In this document: piece after piece, positions 1-12,726 of the stretch
Layout: every line of letters begins with the position of its first letter
Position numbering within the stretch: position 1 is the stretch's first letter
DNA from: Octopus bimaculoides
Taxonomy: Eukaryota
Assembly (NCBI RefSeq): GCF_001194135.2
Contig: NC_068986.1
Coordinates: forward strand, 6,668,781-6,731,352
Length of the DNA stretch: 62,572 bases
Reading direction: 5' to 3'
The notes under the pieces: model-generated
Databases searched by the model: none
The model's input: the letters and a program-made list of their open reading frames with translations, nothing else
Told to the model about the DNA's origin: nothing
Made by a program: the position numbers and the translations under genes

Positions 1-227
1 TAAAAGACACCATTTCGAGCGTGGCCGTTTTCGTGCGGGTGACACGTAAAAGCACCCACTACACTCTCTGAGTGGTTGGCGTTAGGAAGGGCATCCAGCT
101 GTAGAAACTCTGCCAAATCAGACTGGAGCCTGGTGTTGCCATCCGGTTTCACCAGTCCTCAGTCAAATCGTCCAACCCATGCTAGCATGGAAAGCGGACG
201 TTAAACGATGATGATGATGATGATGAT
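1..227 (+). mobile_element. Young RTE-clade LINE 3'-end copy with (GAT)n tail, truncated by the window edge
   Basis: AAAAGCACCCACTACAC...GGAAGGGCATCCAGCTG...GTTAAACGATGATG; the same module follows RTE ORF2 remnants elsewhere in the window. Confidence 0.85.
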
Positions 228-1229
228 TTCTGTTGTTGGAGTTAATTTTTTTTTTTGCATTGTTATTGTCTTATATAACAATGTAAAATGGTATTGTGAA
301 ATGTAAGGAGTAGTCACTTAATTAGGAATCTACAATGAAATGTTCATATTTATTAGTTGGCCAATACAACTTAGTTCTGTTGAATGATATTATTCCATGT
401 TCTGACATACCACATTGTCAACTGGCCTAATTTATTAGTAATACCATACAAATAGATCAGATGACATTTGGAATAAACTTCCCCTTAAACCCAATTTTAG
501 AACTAAGTACTGGAATCAGTAAATTGGTTTCAAATTATTTGCTATAACAGACAGATAAATAGTTGTAAAATTGACAGTTGCCTGTTCTTTGACATTTCTA
601 CATGTAGTAACAATGATATCTTTCAGTCTTTTCTTCAAATATTTTGTTTTGAGACTTCTTTTTTTTTTTTTTTTGCTTTTAGTGTTTTTTAAAAATTTAT
701 TGACATACTTTTATTGTTACTTTTTCTTTTTATAAATTTGCATGTTCTTTTTATGTAAGGATATAGACTGACTGTTGCACTGATTCACATAGAATAGCAA
801 ACTTTGCTGTTACATGTTATAAAATTTTAGATATTGAGTACCCAAAGTACCCAAGTTATAAAAGTTTTTGACTTAAAAGGAGATTTTAAAAATACATTAG
901 ACCAAAAATCTGAATGAATAGGAACCACAATTAGATGAATGCAGCTATTAAGAACTGACATGTTTAGTCATGTATAATGGAAGAAATTTAAAGAAAAAGA
1001 AAATCAGTCAAAATTGGGCAATAGAATTATATTTCTCTATAAAAAATTTCAACTCAACACCTAACATTTGAAAACAAATACATTAAAGATAATAGATCTA
1101 AGATGTTTAATAGTTAATGTATACACTTCATTGATTATAGCTATGAAATATATGTTTAAATGAACATATCCAATTACAATTGTTAATCATCATCATTGTT
1201 TAACGTCGGTCTTCCATGCTAGCATGGGT

Positions 1230-1510
1230 ATGTGAATATTATGTGTGTAGTAACGCCTTGTCTCATGCGCATGCGTAGTCATCAATATCCAAGTTTGGCG
1301 CCCTGATTCTTTCTCTTTTCCCAGCCGGGCGGCCATGAGCATGGTCATGTCAAGCTGTCTCTCCATCATTTCAACTCTGGGGACAGCTCACAACAACATT
1401 CCGGCGTCTCAGCAACCAAGCCTATCATCTCCATAAATAAATATTGTTCTGTTGATAGTTCAGAGTTCTGCGTTTCGTTGTTATTTAGAATTTAATATAG
1501 GAAAGCAGGT
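1230..1510 (+). mobile_element. Possible solo LTR interrupting an RTE tail
   Basis: TG start right where the RTE fragment stops, GC/CpG-richer body, AATAAA at about 1435; no clear CA end or target-site duplication. Confidence 0.3.
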
Positions 1511-3246
1511 GTACACCTAATGGTGTATAACCACTTTCCTAAATGTGCTTGTAATGAAAAAGAAGAGAAAATGAATATTTAAAAGAAATATATGGCATAG
1601 AGTTCAGAATTTAAACTTAGTCACAGAATTTGCTGAAAAAGAATAACTGTGCAACCTCTAGGGAATGGGTGTTATTGAGAATGACATTAAGTTGGGTTGA
1701 AAAAGCAAAAACCCAACTGTTGGAAATACTAAGCATTAAAGATTGTGAGGAAAGCAGGCCCATACAGAAACAAAGACAAAGAATTGGTTGAATGAGTGGA
1801 TGACAAGAGAAACAGTGTGTTCGTAACAACACTATATGTTAAGTTGCAAGTAAAGAAAATGTCAAAGTTGAGACTGGATTGAACCCTCATAAATGCAAAA
1901 TTCATTTCTGAACTCCTTGTTGACTATGCCTATGTATATGGCTTTTAGGCCTTACAAACCTTCTGCCCCTTTTCTTTTTAAAAAATCCCTTCACACATTT
2001 TCTGTTGCTAGATCTCTCTTTCCTAGTGATATATTTGTTAATTCATGTCATGCTTTGTTCGGTAGTTTCACTAATTTCATTCAACAGTAGTTTGCAAGTA
2101 CTTGGTGACCTTGTCAGTGCAGGTGCCACTTAAAAGCACCCAGTTCACACTGTAAAGTGGTTGGTGTTTGGAAGGGCATCCAGCTGTAAAAACCTTGCCA
2201 AAACTGACCTTGCCAGTGCATGTGCCATGTAAAAAGCACTAAGTCCACTCTGCTGAGTGGATGGTGTTAGGAAGGGCATCCAGCTGTAAAAATCCTGCCA
2301 AAATAGTCACAGAAGTCTGGTGCAGGCTTCAGCCTTGGCCGGCTCCTGTGGTACTGTCCCACCCATGCTAACATGGAAGACAGATGTTAAACAATGATGA
2401 TGATATCATATTACACTATTTTCTTAACACTGTATACATTCTTTCTAATTGAATAACACCCAACCCTAATTTACAGCAGATCCTGTTTATACTACAACTG
2501 TTGGTTATTCCATTTTAGAATTCCTCCAATATGCCTCAGAAAAAACAATGTTTTATGTGGTTTATTTAGTTTTACTATCTTACTTGGAAAATTAATTTCA
2601 TCTGTCTGAATTATTCCTTTCTTAAATCTTCCTTCTTATTAATTTTCTGTAATTTATGTATAGTTCTTCATAAATGTTTATAAGCCATCACTATCTATAT
2701 ATGTGCTATTTCCTTACATACTGTTACTTCTCATTAATTATATCCTATTACTTCCATGCTGTGTTTCTTTCTGGAAATTTTGATTTTTAGTCCCAAATAC
2801 CATTAAATCCATTTGGATTAAAGCATCTGTGACATCTTCATGTTCCGTAGAATCCTCCCCTTCCCTCTCCCAAAATGCTGATTACCTTTAGATATCATAC
2901 ATACCACAAAGGGCAAAGGGAATAACTGATGAATCTGAAATATTCCCTTATTGATTCCAATACCTCCTATCCTTCAACAAAATTGGTTATTGTTACTATT
3001 TTTATTATTGCTATTATTTCTAAGGTGGCATTTCTTCTGGCCTTATTTTCTGAGTTCAAAGTCCACTAATGTCAGCTTTGCCTTTCATCCTTTTAGAGTT
3101 GATAAAATAAGTACCAGTTAAGCACTGGATGTAATCAGCTAGTCCCTACCACAAAATTTCAGCACTTGTGCTTATAGCAAAAAGAATTATTATTATAATT
3201 TCTCTAATTTTGTTTACCACTCATATTTTCACTTTTTTGTTTTTAG

Positions 3247-3320
3247 GCTAGTTAGAAAAGCTTTGGATAAAATTTCTGAAATAAAATCTATACAAGAAAA
3301 CCGAAGACTTGGAAAACTTG
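3247..3320 (+). CDS. SGF29: SAGA-associated factor 29, internal exon (LVRKALDKISEIKSIQENRRLGKL)
   Basis: ttttag|G...TTG|gtaata; translation resembles the SGF29 coiled coil LRKALDKIAEIKS; phase continues into the 3527 exon. Confidence 0.9.
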
Positions 3321-3526
3321 GTAATATATTTCTCTTATATATATATTTCTTTTGTTCATTTATTCATGAAACTCTCTTGACTACAAATATATTATTTATT
3401 AAATTATTGTAGGATAACTTAGTGGAAAAAATCAAGAAAATTAGTCATTTGTTTATTTTATATGATAAATAGCATTATTGAGATTATGCTGTTTATGAAT
3501 CAGTATTTGTTTCTTTTGCTTTACAG

Positions 3527-3629
3527 ATAGTGACCGTCCCAAGCCAATTATTAGACGTGGTGTCCTAATGACAATGCTACAACAGAATGCTGTATCACTA
3601 CCCTTATGGGTCAGCAAACCTGGGGAAAA
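3527..3629 (+). CDS. SGF29: SGF29 internal exon (DSDRPKPIIRRGVLMTMLQQNAVSLPLWVSKPGEK)
   Basis: ttacag|AT...AA|gtaaat; matches the RRGVLMTLLQQSAMTLPLWIGKPGDK motif. Confidence 0.93.
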
Positions 3630-3649
3630 GTAAATATTTTATTGTTGTT

Positions 3650-4020
3650 ATTGTGGATGTGTAGGCAAATGACTTCTACTTTAGGTCTGGGCTGACTAAA
3701 GCCTTGAGAGTAGATTTGATAGAAAGAAACTGAAAGAAGCCTGGTATGTGTGTGCGTGCGTGTGTGTGTGTGTTTGTTACTGCCTCCTTGTCTTGACTTC
3801 ACGCGATTGTTGTAAACAGATGTGTCACTGTCATGCAAACTATGTTCTTTGTTTACAGTCTTGCATGGAAACCTGTCTGGTCATGGGGAAACATTACCTT
3901 GTAAATGGGTGAGAGTTGGTGACAGGAAGGGCATCTGGCCATAGAAAAATGTGCTTCAACAAATTCTGTCCAACCCATGCAAGCATGAATAAGTGGACAT
4001 TAAAATGATGATGATGATGA
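3650..4020 (+). mobile_element. SINE with third-family 5' body and an RTE-type 3' tail
   Basis: AGAAACTGAAAGAAGCC body, then GGAAGGGCATC...CCATGCAAGCATG...GATGATG; similar copies at 5805-6135 and 43140-43345. Confidence 0.75.
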
Positions 4021-4700
4021 AGGAGCAGGTCCTCTGAGACTGGAGGGTTTTATGCTATCAATGTTCTGTTTAAAATGTTGCCAGGTAACATCTATAAGAA
4101 AGATATGAACAGGGAGAAAATTCTAGAGGGTTGAAATCTTGGGGAGAAAGGACTGGATAGAGTAGTTCGAGTGTTGAGAACGAGTTGGATACAACAAGGG
4201 TAATGAGAGGTGGAAAGCTGGGTGAATATGGGGTGTCTGAGTGGTGGATTTATGACACCAACTAGTTCTGAGGAGCAGAGGCCATTATAATTGTGATAGA
4301 AAATACAGGGCAGTGATATCTGACTCTGTTTTTAGTTTAGATTTTTTCTCTCTTATGAAGAATTTTTAAGTAAATAAATGATGTGATTATTATCAGTAAG
4401 TTTTCTGTTGTCTTGGATCAGGTTGAGTTCTCCATCAACAGAGTAGAATAGACAGGGCTTAGGATATTTGCATATTTTCACAAGTTTGTAAAAGTATTGA
4501 AGAATATGAAGTATGAATATTTTGATTTAGTTTAGATTATTATTATCTAGGAATCAAAATCCAAAGAATATAAGTACCAGTTGATCACTTGGGTTGATCT
4601 AATCAACCTATCCCTTCCATGAAATTGCTGACCTTGTGCCAAAAATTGAAATCAATATTATATTTGTTTATAATGCATCCTCATTTTGTCTGCTTTTTAG

Positions 4701-4889
4701 GCCTCCTCCACTATGTGGAGCAGTTCCAGCAGATGCTAATTATGTGGGCAAAACCGGTGACAAAGTTGCTGCCAGAGTTAAGGGTCAAGATGGAGAAGAA
4801 GAGAATTGGATCTTAGCTGAAATATCTTCCTATACTCCAGCTACTGGTAAATATGAAGTTGATGATATTGATGCAGAGGAGAGCAATGA
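4701..4889 (+). CDS. SGF29: SGF29 exon, Tudor domain 1 (PPPLCGAVPADANYVGKTGDKVAARVK...WILAE...KYEVDDID)
   Basis: tttttag|G...GA|gtaagt; part of ORF 4636-4893; strong similarity to SGF29 Tudor 1. Confidence 0.95.
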
Positions 4890-6406
4890 GTAAGTACTAT
4901 TTTGAACTGATTATCTTTACATATGAGTGTTAACATTTTAAGACCTTTCATCAGTTGCCTGCTGACTATCTACTCATTTCGAGCATTCAACGACAATATG
5001 AGTTTTTAAAGACAGTTGCTCCCATAACTTCCAAAATAAAATTTTGGATTCATGGAGGGTCAATGTTGGGAACAAAAACAGGAGAGTGGAGACATAAAAG
5101 GAAACTGAACGAAAATAAACATGGAGGGTTGTTAGACCAGAACGAGGGGAAAATAGTGAAAGCTGGGAGAAATATTTTCTTTGAAAAGAGAAAAGATAGA
5201 AGACGTCCAGTCCTTAGGATGTCATGCAGGAAAAGAAAGATGGACGATGGTTATGTGTGTGCAATGTGAGAGAGAAAAAGAGCAAAAGAAAGACAGAGAG
5301 AGAGACATAGAAAACGGTGAAGGGGAGAAAAGGGAATTAGAGAAGGATGGGGGAGAAAAACTACGTTTAATGTCCATCTGCCATGCATGCATGGGTAGGA
5401 TGGTTGACAGGAGCCGGCCAGGTAGAAAAACTACCCTAGGCTTCTGTGTCTGTTTTGGCAGGGATTTTACAGCTGGATGCCCTTCTTAACACCAACCACT
5501 CTGCAGAGTGGACTCAGTGCTTTTTACATGGCACTAGCATAGGCGAAGTTAGTTTTAGCATGATTTTTACAGCTGGATGCCCTTCCTAACACCAACCACT
5601 TTACAGTGTGGACTGGATGCTTTTAACATATATATACATACTCACACACATACATCTGACAATGTAGATGTGCATGTGCTCCTCAGAAACTACTAGAATT
5701 TATACATACGCACATATGTATTTATATATATTAGCACTGCTTTTAGGTTTGGCTCCAGTGTATGGAACCTTAAGCAGATATCTTATACTATAGCCCTATG
5801 CCAATCAAAGCCTCATGAGTGGACTTGGTAGATAGAAACTGAAAGAAGCCCATTATATCTATATATATATATGTGTGTGTGTGTTTGTGTCCCCTTTTCT
5901 TGACATTGCATAGTTGTTGTAAGTGATTGTTACTGTCATACATGCAGAATATTTCCAATATTCTGTGAGAATGTCTGGCCATGGGGAAATATTATTTTGC
6001 TTGGAAACAGGTGAGGGCTGGTAACAGGACATATGACCATAGAAAATCTACTTCAGTAAACTCCATCTAACTCCTGCTTTGTCTACCCATGCAAGCATGG
6101 GAAAGTGGGTGTTAAAATGATGATGATGATGAAATGATGATCAGCTCCATTATCCTTAAAAGTTTTAATGTAAGATTTTTTTCTTGTGTACATGGATTGT
6201 TAAGTCATTTATTTCTCTTTACAAAGACAAGAATCTGCTTGTTCTTCTGATCATTCTGAACTCAAAGAAAGAAACTTTATTGAATTTTTTTTTACTTTAT
6301 TGTTAATATGGTGTTTAGTGTCATATCCTTCAATTACTGCCAATATCCATAGATTATTAGTGTTTCTTCAATGTTCAAATTTATTTACATTTGATTTTGT
6401 TTACAG

Positions 6407-6500
6407 GAGACATTCTTTGAGTCGAAGGAGGATCGTACCACTGCCAATTTGGAAAGCTAATCCAGAAACAGACCCTGATGCCTTGTTCCCAAAAGAAACG
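6407..6500 (+). CDS. SGF29: SGF29 exon (RHSLSRRRIVPLPIWKANPETDPDALFPKET)
   Basis: ttacag|G...ACG|gtaaga; matches RHTLSRRRVIPLPQWKANPETDPEALF. Confidence 0.95.
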
Positions 6501-7822
6501 GTAAGAAATATGAAAACTGTTAATTATAAAAGATTGACAGTTTATCTATCTTTAGATTAACAGTAGAATATTTCCATTGATAATATTTTGCAAGAAACTG
6601 TATTTAGTTGGAATCAGTGCAAATCAGCAACAAAGAATATGCCTTCCTTTGTAGATCTCTCAAACAATACTTAGTTTAGTTTGAATTTATTTGATATTAT
6701 TTCTTTTACTTTGATATCTTTGATATTAATTATAGAATTAAGGCAGTGAGCTGACAGAATTGTTAAGTATTCAATGCTTTGCAGCATTTCATCTGTCTTC
6801 ATGCTCTGAGTTCAAATTCCACTGAGGCTAATTTTTCCTTTCGTCCTTTTCAGATCAATAAAATAAGTACCAGTTGAGTGCTGGGGTTGATGTAATCGAC
6901 TTACCCCCTCTCTGAAATTGCTGGCCTTGTGCCAAAATTTGAAATCAATATTAATTATAGAATTAGATAATGAATTAATAAAGTTTTATTCAGCTGTGTA
7001 TCAGATGTCTAACATTAGGGATGTATGGTCTTTAATTGGTCATATCTTTATAAGAATAATAATTGTAAAATAACTTATGCGAAATAAAATCCTTTTTGAA
7101 TGTCTTGAAGTAAATTTTATCTTACAGAAGAAACTGATAAAATACTTAGTAATCATCCCTGAACTTACTTTAATCCTTTTTATACTGACCTCCCTGAGAC
7201 TGCCTTGTGTTATATGATATGAACTTCTTGCTTTAAAATGATTTAAATTAAAACCTTTCATCAAAATTTCATGTCAATTTATGTTCCAGACAACAGCTTA
7301 TTATAGACAAAGTTATTGTACTAAATTCTTTGTTATTTTAAAAATTAATGGGAACAAAGGTTGTCTTATTTTAACTGAATTATATTAAAAAATGTTAATC
7401 TGTTGGTGATTACAGCCAAATATAAAGTTTGGTAGTGGCCTTAGTTGAAAATGGTAAATGTTGCATTTTTCCACATTAAAGAATCTTTCAGAATCTTCTA
7501 GAATAATTAAGATCTTACTCTCAGGTAAACAGCAAAATTGATGAGTGATAACTGGTTCATCTTCCAGTTTCAAACATAGGCCATAGTTGGACGTGGTTAT
7601 TTTCTTAGAGATTAGAGTCAGTACTCTTGAAATGCTTATCATATCAAATTTATAGCTTCATTATTTGTAATCACTGACAACACTCTTTTTTCGGTGGTTT
7701 TGTTTTTGACCTGTAATAATTTCTTTACTTTTGGGACCCTAATAGCAAATACGGGCTGAATTATTAATGTAAGAAACCATTGTTGATATTATTATGATTA
7801 TTAAATATATTTTCTTTTGTAG

Positions 7823-7891
7823 CTGGTCTTGGCTCTGTATCCACAGACTACATGCTTTTATCGTGCACTCATCCATGAACCACCAAAAAGG
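7823..7891 (+). CDS. SGF29: SGF29 exon, Tudor domain 2 (LVLALYPQTTCFYRALIHEPPKR)
   Basis: ttgtag|CTG...AGG|gtacta; near identical to LVLALYPQTTCFYRALIH; downstream coding exon(s) not found in called sequence. Confidence 0.95.
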
Positions 7892-8569
7892 GTACTATTA
7901 ATTTTGTTGTTACTTTTTACCTTTGGTAAAGTCTCTCTGTTTTTATGAAAACATTTAACCCTTTAGCATTCAGATTACTCTATCAAATGTAATCCTTATT
8001 TATTCACATTGTTTTGAATTAATCATTTCATAGCTTCAAGATTTTGATGAAGTGATTGTTTATTTCTAGAATGATATTGTAGAGTAAGTGTGAGAGGCTG
8101 GATGTGGCCAGTTTGAACATAAAACAGGTAGAATATTTTGGTTGGATATGCTAAAGGGTTAAAGTGTTACAAATAACTGAGAAAGTAAATGAGGGAACCA
8201 GATACCTTACAGTTTATAATTTTGTCTATGTAGGCCTGATTTTAAATTTTGCTAGGATTATAACTCAGAATTGCTTTCTTCCCTCTGGGATAAATCAAAC
8301 AGTTAAATATGCTATGGTATTCTTTGTTAACTTCATCCTACCAATAAAAAAGAGAAAAAAAAACTTGGCTTTGTAACTGCACTTTAGTGATATTTGACAA
8401 AAAGTATATTCAGCTTTATTATACATTGTATTAAGTTGCAGTTATAATAGTGTATAATGTTAATATTATCTTGTAAAAATTAAGTGCAATAATGAAGATA
8501 CTTTACTCAAGCTATTTTTACTTAATATTTAAGTTTTAAAATGCAGTGACTGAACATATACTGTTGTTG

Positions 8570-8946
8570 GCTCTCCGTCACTTACGACGACGAGGGTTCC
8601 AGTTGATCCAATCAATGGAACAGCCTGCTCATGAAATTAATGTGCAAGTGGCTGAGCACTCCACAGACACGTGTACTCTTAACGTAGTTCTCGGGGATAT
8701 TCAGCGTGACACAGTGTGACAAGGCTGACCCTTTTGAATTACAGGCACAACAAAAACAGGATATAAGAGTGAGAGAAAGTTGTGGTGAAAGAGTGCAGCA
8801 GGGTTCGCCACCATCCCCTGCCGGAGCCTTGTGGAGCTTTAGGTGTTTTCGCTCAATAAACACTCACAACGCCCGATCTGGGAATCGAAACCGTGATCCT
8901 ATGACCACAAGTCCGCTGCCCTAACCACTGGGTCATTGCACCTCCA
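8570..8946 (-). mobile_element. tRNA-derived SINE, second family
   Basis: Minus strand TGACCCAGTGGTTAGGG (A box) and GGTTTCGATTCCC (B box). Confidence 0.85.
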
Positions 8947-9842
8947 CTAACGTACTATTTGACTGCCAAATTGTAAGTTCATATCCTGCCTTATGCCGAA
9001 TGGCAAGAAACTTACTCCTGTTTGCATGTCTGTTTGTAAATAATCTTACGTGTAATATAAATTTAGTCTCTTATTTTGATATTCCCAATTAGTTATGTGT
9101 TTAATAATAGAAAAAAAGAACCTTGCTTCCATAGTTGGTTTGGTATTGGTAACAGTTTTCAAATAGAGAGCCTGAATCAAGTCCACCAGTGTGTCTTGTC
9201 TAAATAATAGCACAGCTGAAATTACATTCCTGTGATATTATTATTAGTATTATTATTATTGAAATAAAATCTTAGTATCTTGTATTTAAACTCCAAATCT
9301 TTCACTTTGAATGGTTGGATAATTTTCTTCCCCTGTTTCATCAAATGTTGCTTGTGTGTGTGTATGTCATTTTGTATATAGACACACACATTGTGATGTA
9401 TGTAGTATTCCTCACTAGCCAGGGTGAAGCCTGAACAATTAATCTTTGTATTCAGGTGTTTGGCTAAATCAGATTTTGACAAATCTCTGAAACCAGTTGT
9501 GAAGAACCAAATATTGTGTATTAATAGTTAAGTATTCAATTGCCAGGCATCCATTTTTCCGCGTTTGATGTACTTAAACTTTATTTGTCCAAATTTGATT
9601 CTTAGCACTCATGTTAATTCACACAGCTAATTCTTATATTTTAGATTATATTTTGCAAATATCATTGAAACAAGAGCATTCATTACAATAAATATGACAC
9701 TATATTTTGACAACTGGCTCTGTTTACTGTGCTTGGGAAGATATGTCAAGCTCAGTTAAACTGTGGCCATCCATACATACAGGCATGTCCTCTACGTCCC
9801 TCTCTCAGCTGAGAGGTTCTTGTCTTGAAGGCTCACAGATGT

Positions 9843-10850
9843 TGGTGTCACATAAAAAGCACCCATGCTGGTGCCACAAAAAAAAGCACCTGTACTGGTG
9901 CCATGTAAAAGAACCTGTACTGGTGCCATGTAAAAACACCTGTGCTGGTGCCATGTAAAAGCACCTGTGCTGGTGCCATGTAAAAGCACCTGTGCTGGTG
10001 CCATGTAAAAACACCNNNNNNNNNNNNNNNNNNNNNNNNNNNNNNNNNNNNNNNNNNNNNNNNNNNNNNNNNNNNNNNNNNNNNNNNNNNNNNNNNNNNN
10101 NNNNNNNNNNNNNNNNNNNNNNNNNNNNNNNNNNNNNNNNNNNNNNNNNNNNNNNNNNNNNNNNNNNNNNNNNNNNNNNNNNNNNNNNNNNNNNNNNNNN
10201 NNNNNNNNNNNNNNNNNNNNNNNNNNNNNNNNNNNNNNNNNNNNNNNNNNNNNNNNNNNNNNNNNNNNNNNNNNNNNNNNNNNNNNNNNNNNNNNNNNNN
10301 NNNNNNNNNNNNNNNNNNNNNNNNNNNNNNNNNNNNNNNNNNNNNNNNNNNNNNNNNNNNNNNNNNNNNNNNNNNNNNNNNNNNNNNNNNNNNNNNNNNN
10401 NNNNNNNNNNNNNNNNNNNNNNNNNNNNNNNNNNNNNNNNNNNNNNNNNNNNNNNNNNNNNNNNNNNNNNNNNNNNNNNNNNNNNNNNNNNNNNNNNNNN
10501 NNNNNNNNNNNNNNNNNNNNNNNNNNNNNNNNNNNNNNNNNNNNNNNNNNNNNNNNNNNNNNNNNNNNNNNNNNNNNNNNNNNNNNNNNNNNNNNNNNNN
10601 NNNNNNNNNNNNNNNNNNNNNNNNNNNNNNNNNNNNNNNNNNNNNNNNNNNNNNNNNNNNNNNNNNNTACTGGTGCCATGTAAAAGCACCAGTGCTGGTG
10701 CCATGTAAAAGCACCTGTGCTGGTGCCATATAAAAGCACCTGTGCTGGTGCCATATAAAAGCACCGGTGCTGGTGCCATGTAAAAGAACTTCTGCCGGTG
10801 CCACGTAAAAGTGCTTATGCCAGTGCCGTGTAAAAAGCACCCAGTACACT
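9843..10850 (+). repeat. 25-bp minisatellite (CACCTGTGCTGGTGCCATGTAAAAG)n, partly in a gap, running into an RTE 3' end
   Basis: At least 6 units before and 5 after the N gap. Confidence 0.9.
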
Positions 10851-11114
10851 GCAAAGTGGTTGACATTAGAAAGGGCTTCCAGCCATTGAAGCCATCCCAA
10901 AACAGACGAATGTAGCTTGTGCAGCTCCCCACCTGGCCAACTTCTTTCAAACCATCCAACCCATGCCAGCATGGAAAACAGACATTAAATGATGATAATG
11001 ATGAACTATTTCCTTTGTTGAGGACTAGATAAGTTGCTTCTCTCTTCATATTTGGTTATTCTGTTAATTTTTGGTAGAAATAGGTAATGATGTAGCTGAA
11101 AATTATCAAATTAC

Positions 11115-11482
11115 TATTCTTTTACTTGTTTCGATCATTTTGACTGTGGCCATGCTGGAGCACCACCTGTAGTCAAGCAATTCGACCCCAGGACTTACTT
11201 TTTGTAAGCCTAGTACTTATTCTATCTTTTGCCAAACCACTAAGTTATGGGGGACGTAAACACACCAGCATCAGTTGTCAAGCAATGTTGGGGACATACA
11301 CACACACACACATACATATGATGGGCTTCTTTCAGTTTCCGTCTACCAAATCCACTCACAAGGCTTTGGTCAGCTTGAGGTTATAGTAGAAGACACTTAC
11401 CCAAGGTGCCATGCAGTGGGACTGAACCCAGAACCATGTGGTTGGGAAGCCAGCTTCTTACAACACAGCCATTCCTGCACCT
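11115..11482 (-). mobile_element. tRNA-derived SINE, third family, full length
   Basis: GGTGCAGGAATGGCTGTG head, GGGTTCAGTCCC B box, GAAACTGAAAGAAGCCC body, AAACAAGTAAAAG end. Confidence 0.85.
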
Positions 11483-11485
11483 ATA

Positions 11486-11755
11486 TCATCATCATCATCA
11501 TCGTTTAACGTCCGCTTTCCATGCTAGCATGGGTTGGACGATTTGACTGAGGACTGGTGAAACCGGATGGCAACACCAGGCTCCAGTCTGATTTGGCAGA
11601 GTTTCTACAGCTGGATGCCCTTCCTAACGCCAACCACTCAGAGAGTGTAGTGGGTGCTTTTACGTGTCACCCGCACGAAAACGGCCACGCTCGAAATGGT
11701 GTCTTTTATGTGCCACCCGCACAAGCCAGTCCAGGGGCACTGGCAACGATCTCGC
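11486..11755 (-). mobile_element. Young RTE 3'-end copy, inverted relative to 1-227
   Basis: About 190 nt appear identical by eye to the reverse complement of the 1-227 copy. Confidence 0.85.
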
Positions 11756-12689
11756 TATATATATATATATATATATATNNNNNNNNNNNNNNNNNNNNNN
11801 NNNNNNNNNNNNNNNNNNNNNNNNNNNNNNNNNNNNNNNNNNNNNNNNNNNNNNNNNNNNNNNNNNNNNNNNNNNNNNNNNNNNNNNNNNNNNNNNNNNN
11901 NNNNNNNNNNNNNNNNNNNNNNNNNNNNNNNNNNNNNNNNNNNNNNNNNNNNNNNNNNNNNNNNNNNNNNNNNNNNNNNNNNNNNNNNNNNNNNNNNNNN
12001 NNNNNNNNNNNNNNNNNNNNNNNNNNNNNNNNNNNNNNNNNNNNNNNNNNNNNNNNNNNNNNNNNNNNNNNNNNNNNNNNNNNNNNNNNNNNNNNNNNNN
12101 NNNNNNNNNNNNNNNNNNNNNNNNNNNNNNNNNNNNNNNNNNNNNNNNNNNNNNNNNNNNNNNNNNNNNNNNNNNNNNNNNNNNNNNNNNNNNNNNNNNN
12201 NNNNNNNNNNNNNNNNNNNNNNNNNNNNNNNNNNNNNNNNNNNNNNNNNNNNNNNNNNNNNNNNNNNNNNNNNNNNNNNNNNNNNNNNNNNNNNNNNNNN
12301 NNNNNNNNNNNNNNNNNNNNNNNNNNNNNNNNNNNNNNNNNNNNNNNNNNNNNNNNNNNNNNNNNNNNNNNNNNNNNNNNNNNNNNNNNNNNNNNNNNNN
12401 NNNNNNNNNNNNNNNNNNNNNNNNNNNNNNNNNNNNNNNNNNNNNNNNNGTTTTTCTTTTTGATTTTTTAAAAAAAAAAACATTCTCTAATTGTTGGAAA
12501 TAGCGTCCATGTTTGGGCTTTTTTGCATTTTTTAGGTGTTTTCCAGGAGTTTAACGCAATGAGAAAAAGAGAAACATATATTTCAGAAGAAAAAAAAATG
12601 CATTGTTTCAGAGGATTGACTTTTTATCCTTATATATTGCCTTCAGATGACTGATTTATCTTTACATATCACTGAAATCTGTCTATCCA

Positions 12690-12726
<37 letters not shown>

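Noticed and set aside
2918-2950. CTGATGA-ATCT-GAAA flanked by GGGAATA/TATTCCC
   Set aside because: No helix II or III and no cleavage triplet; likely chance
4955-5489. Two overlapping K/E/R-rich ORFs
   Set aside because: Purine-rich intronic repeat running into an inverted RTE tail; no splice support
8880-8946. tRNA-like sequence (also at about 17750 and 11440)
   Set aside because: SINE heads with A and B boxes, not complete cloverleafs
9792-11049. Long ORFs with periodic FTWHQHRCFYMAPAQVLLHG repeats; CRISPR-like look
   Set aside because: Translations of a 25-bp minisatellite across an N gap; there are no unique spacers and the context is eukaryotic
11557-12503. ORFs of 240-300 aa here and at 20835-21437, 23918-24548, 42724-43292 and 53948-54289
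   Set aside because: Open only because they run through N gaps and microsatellites
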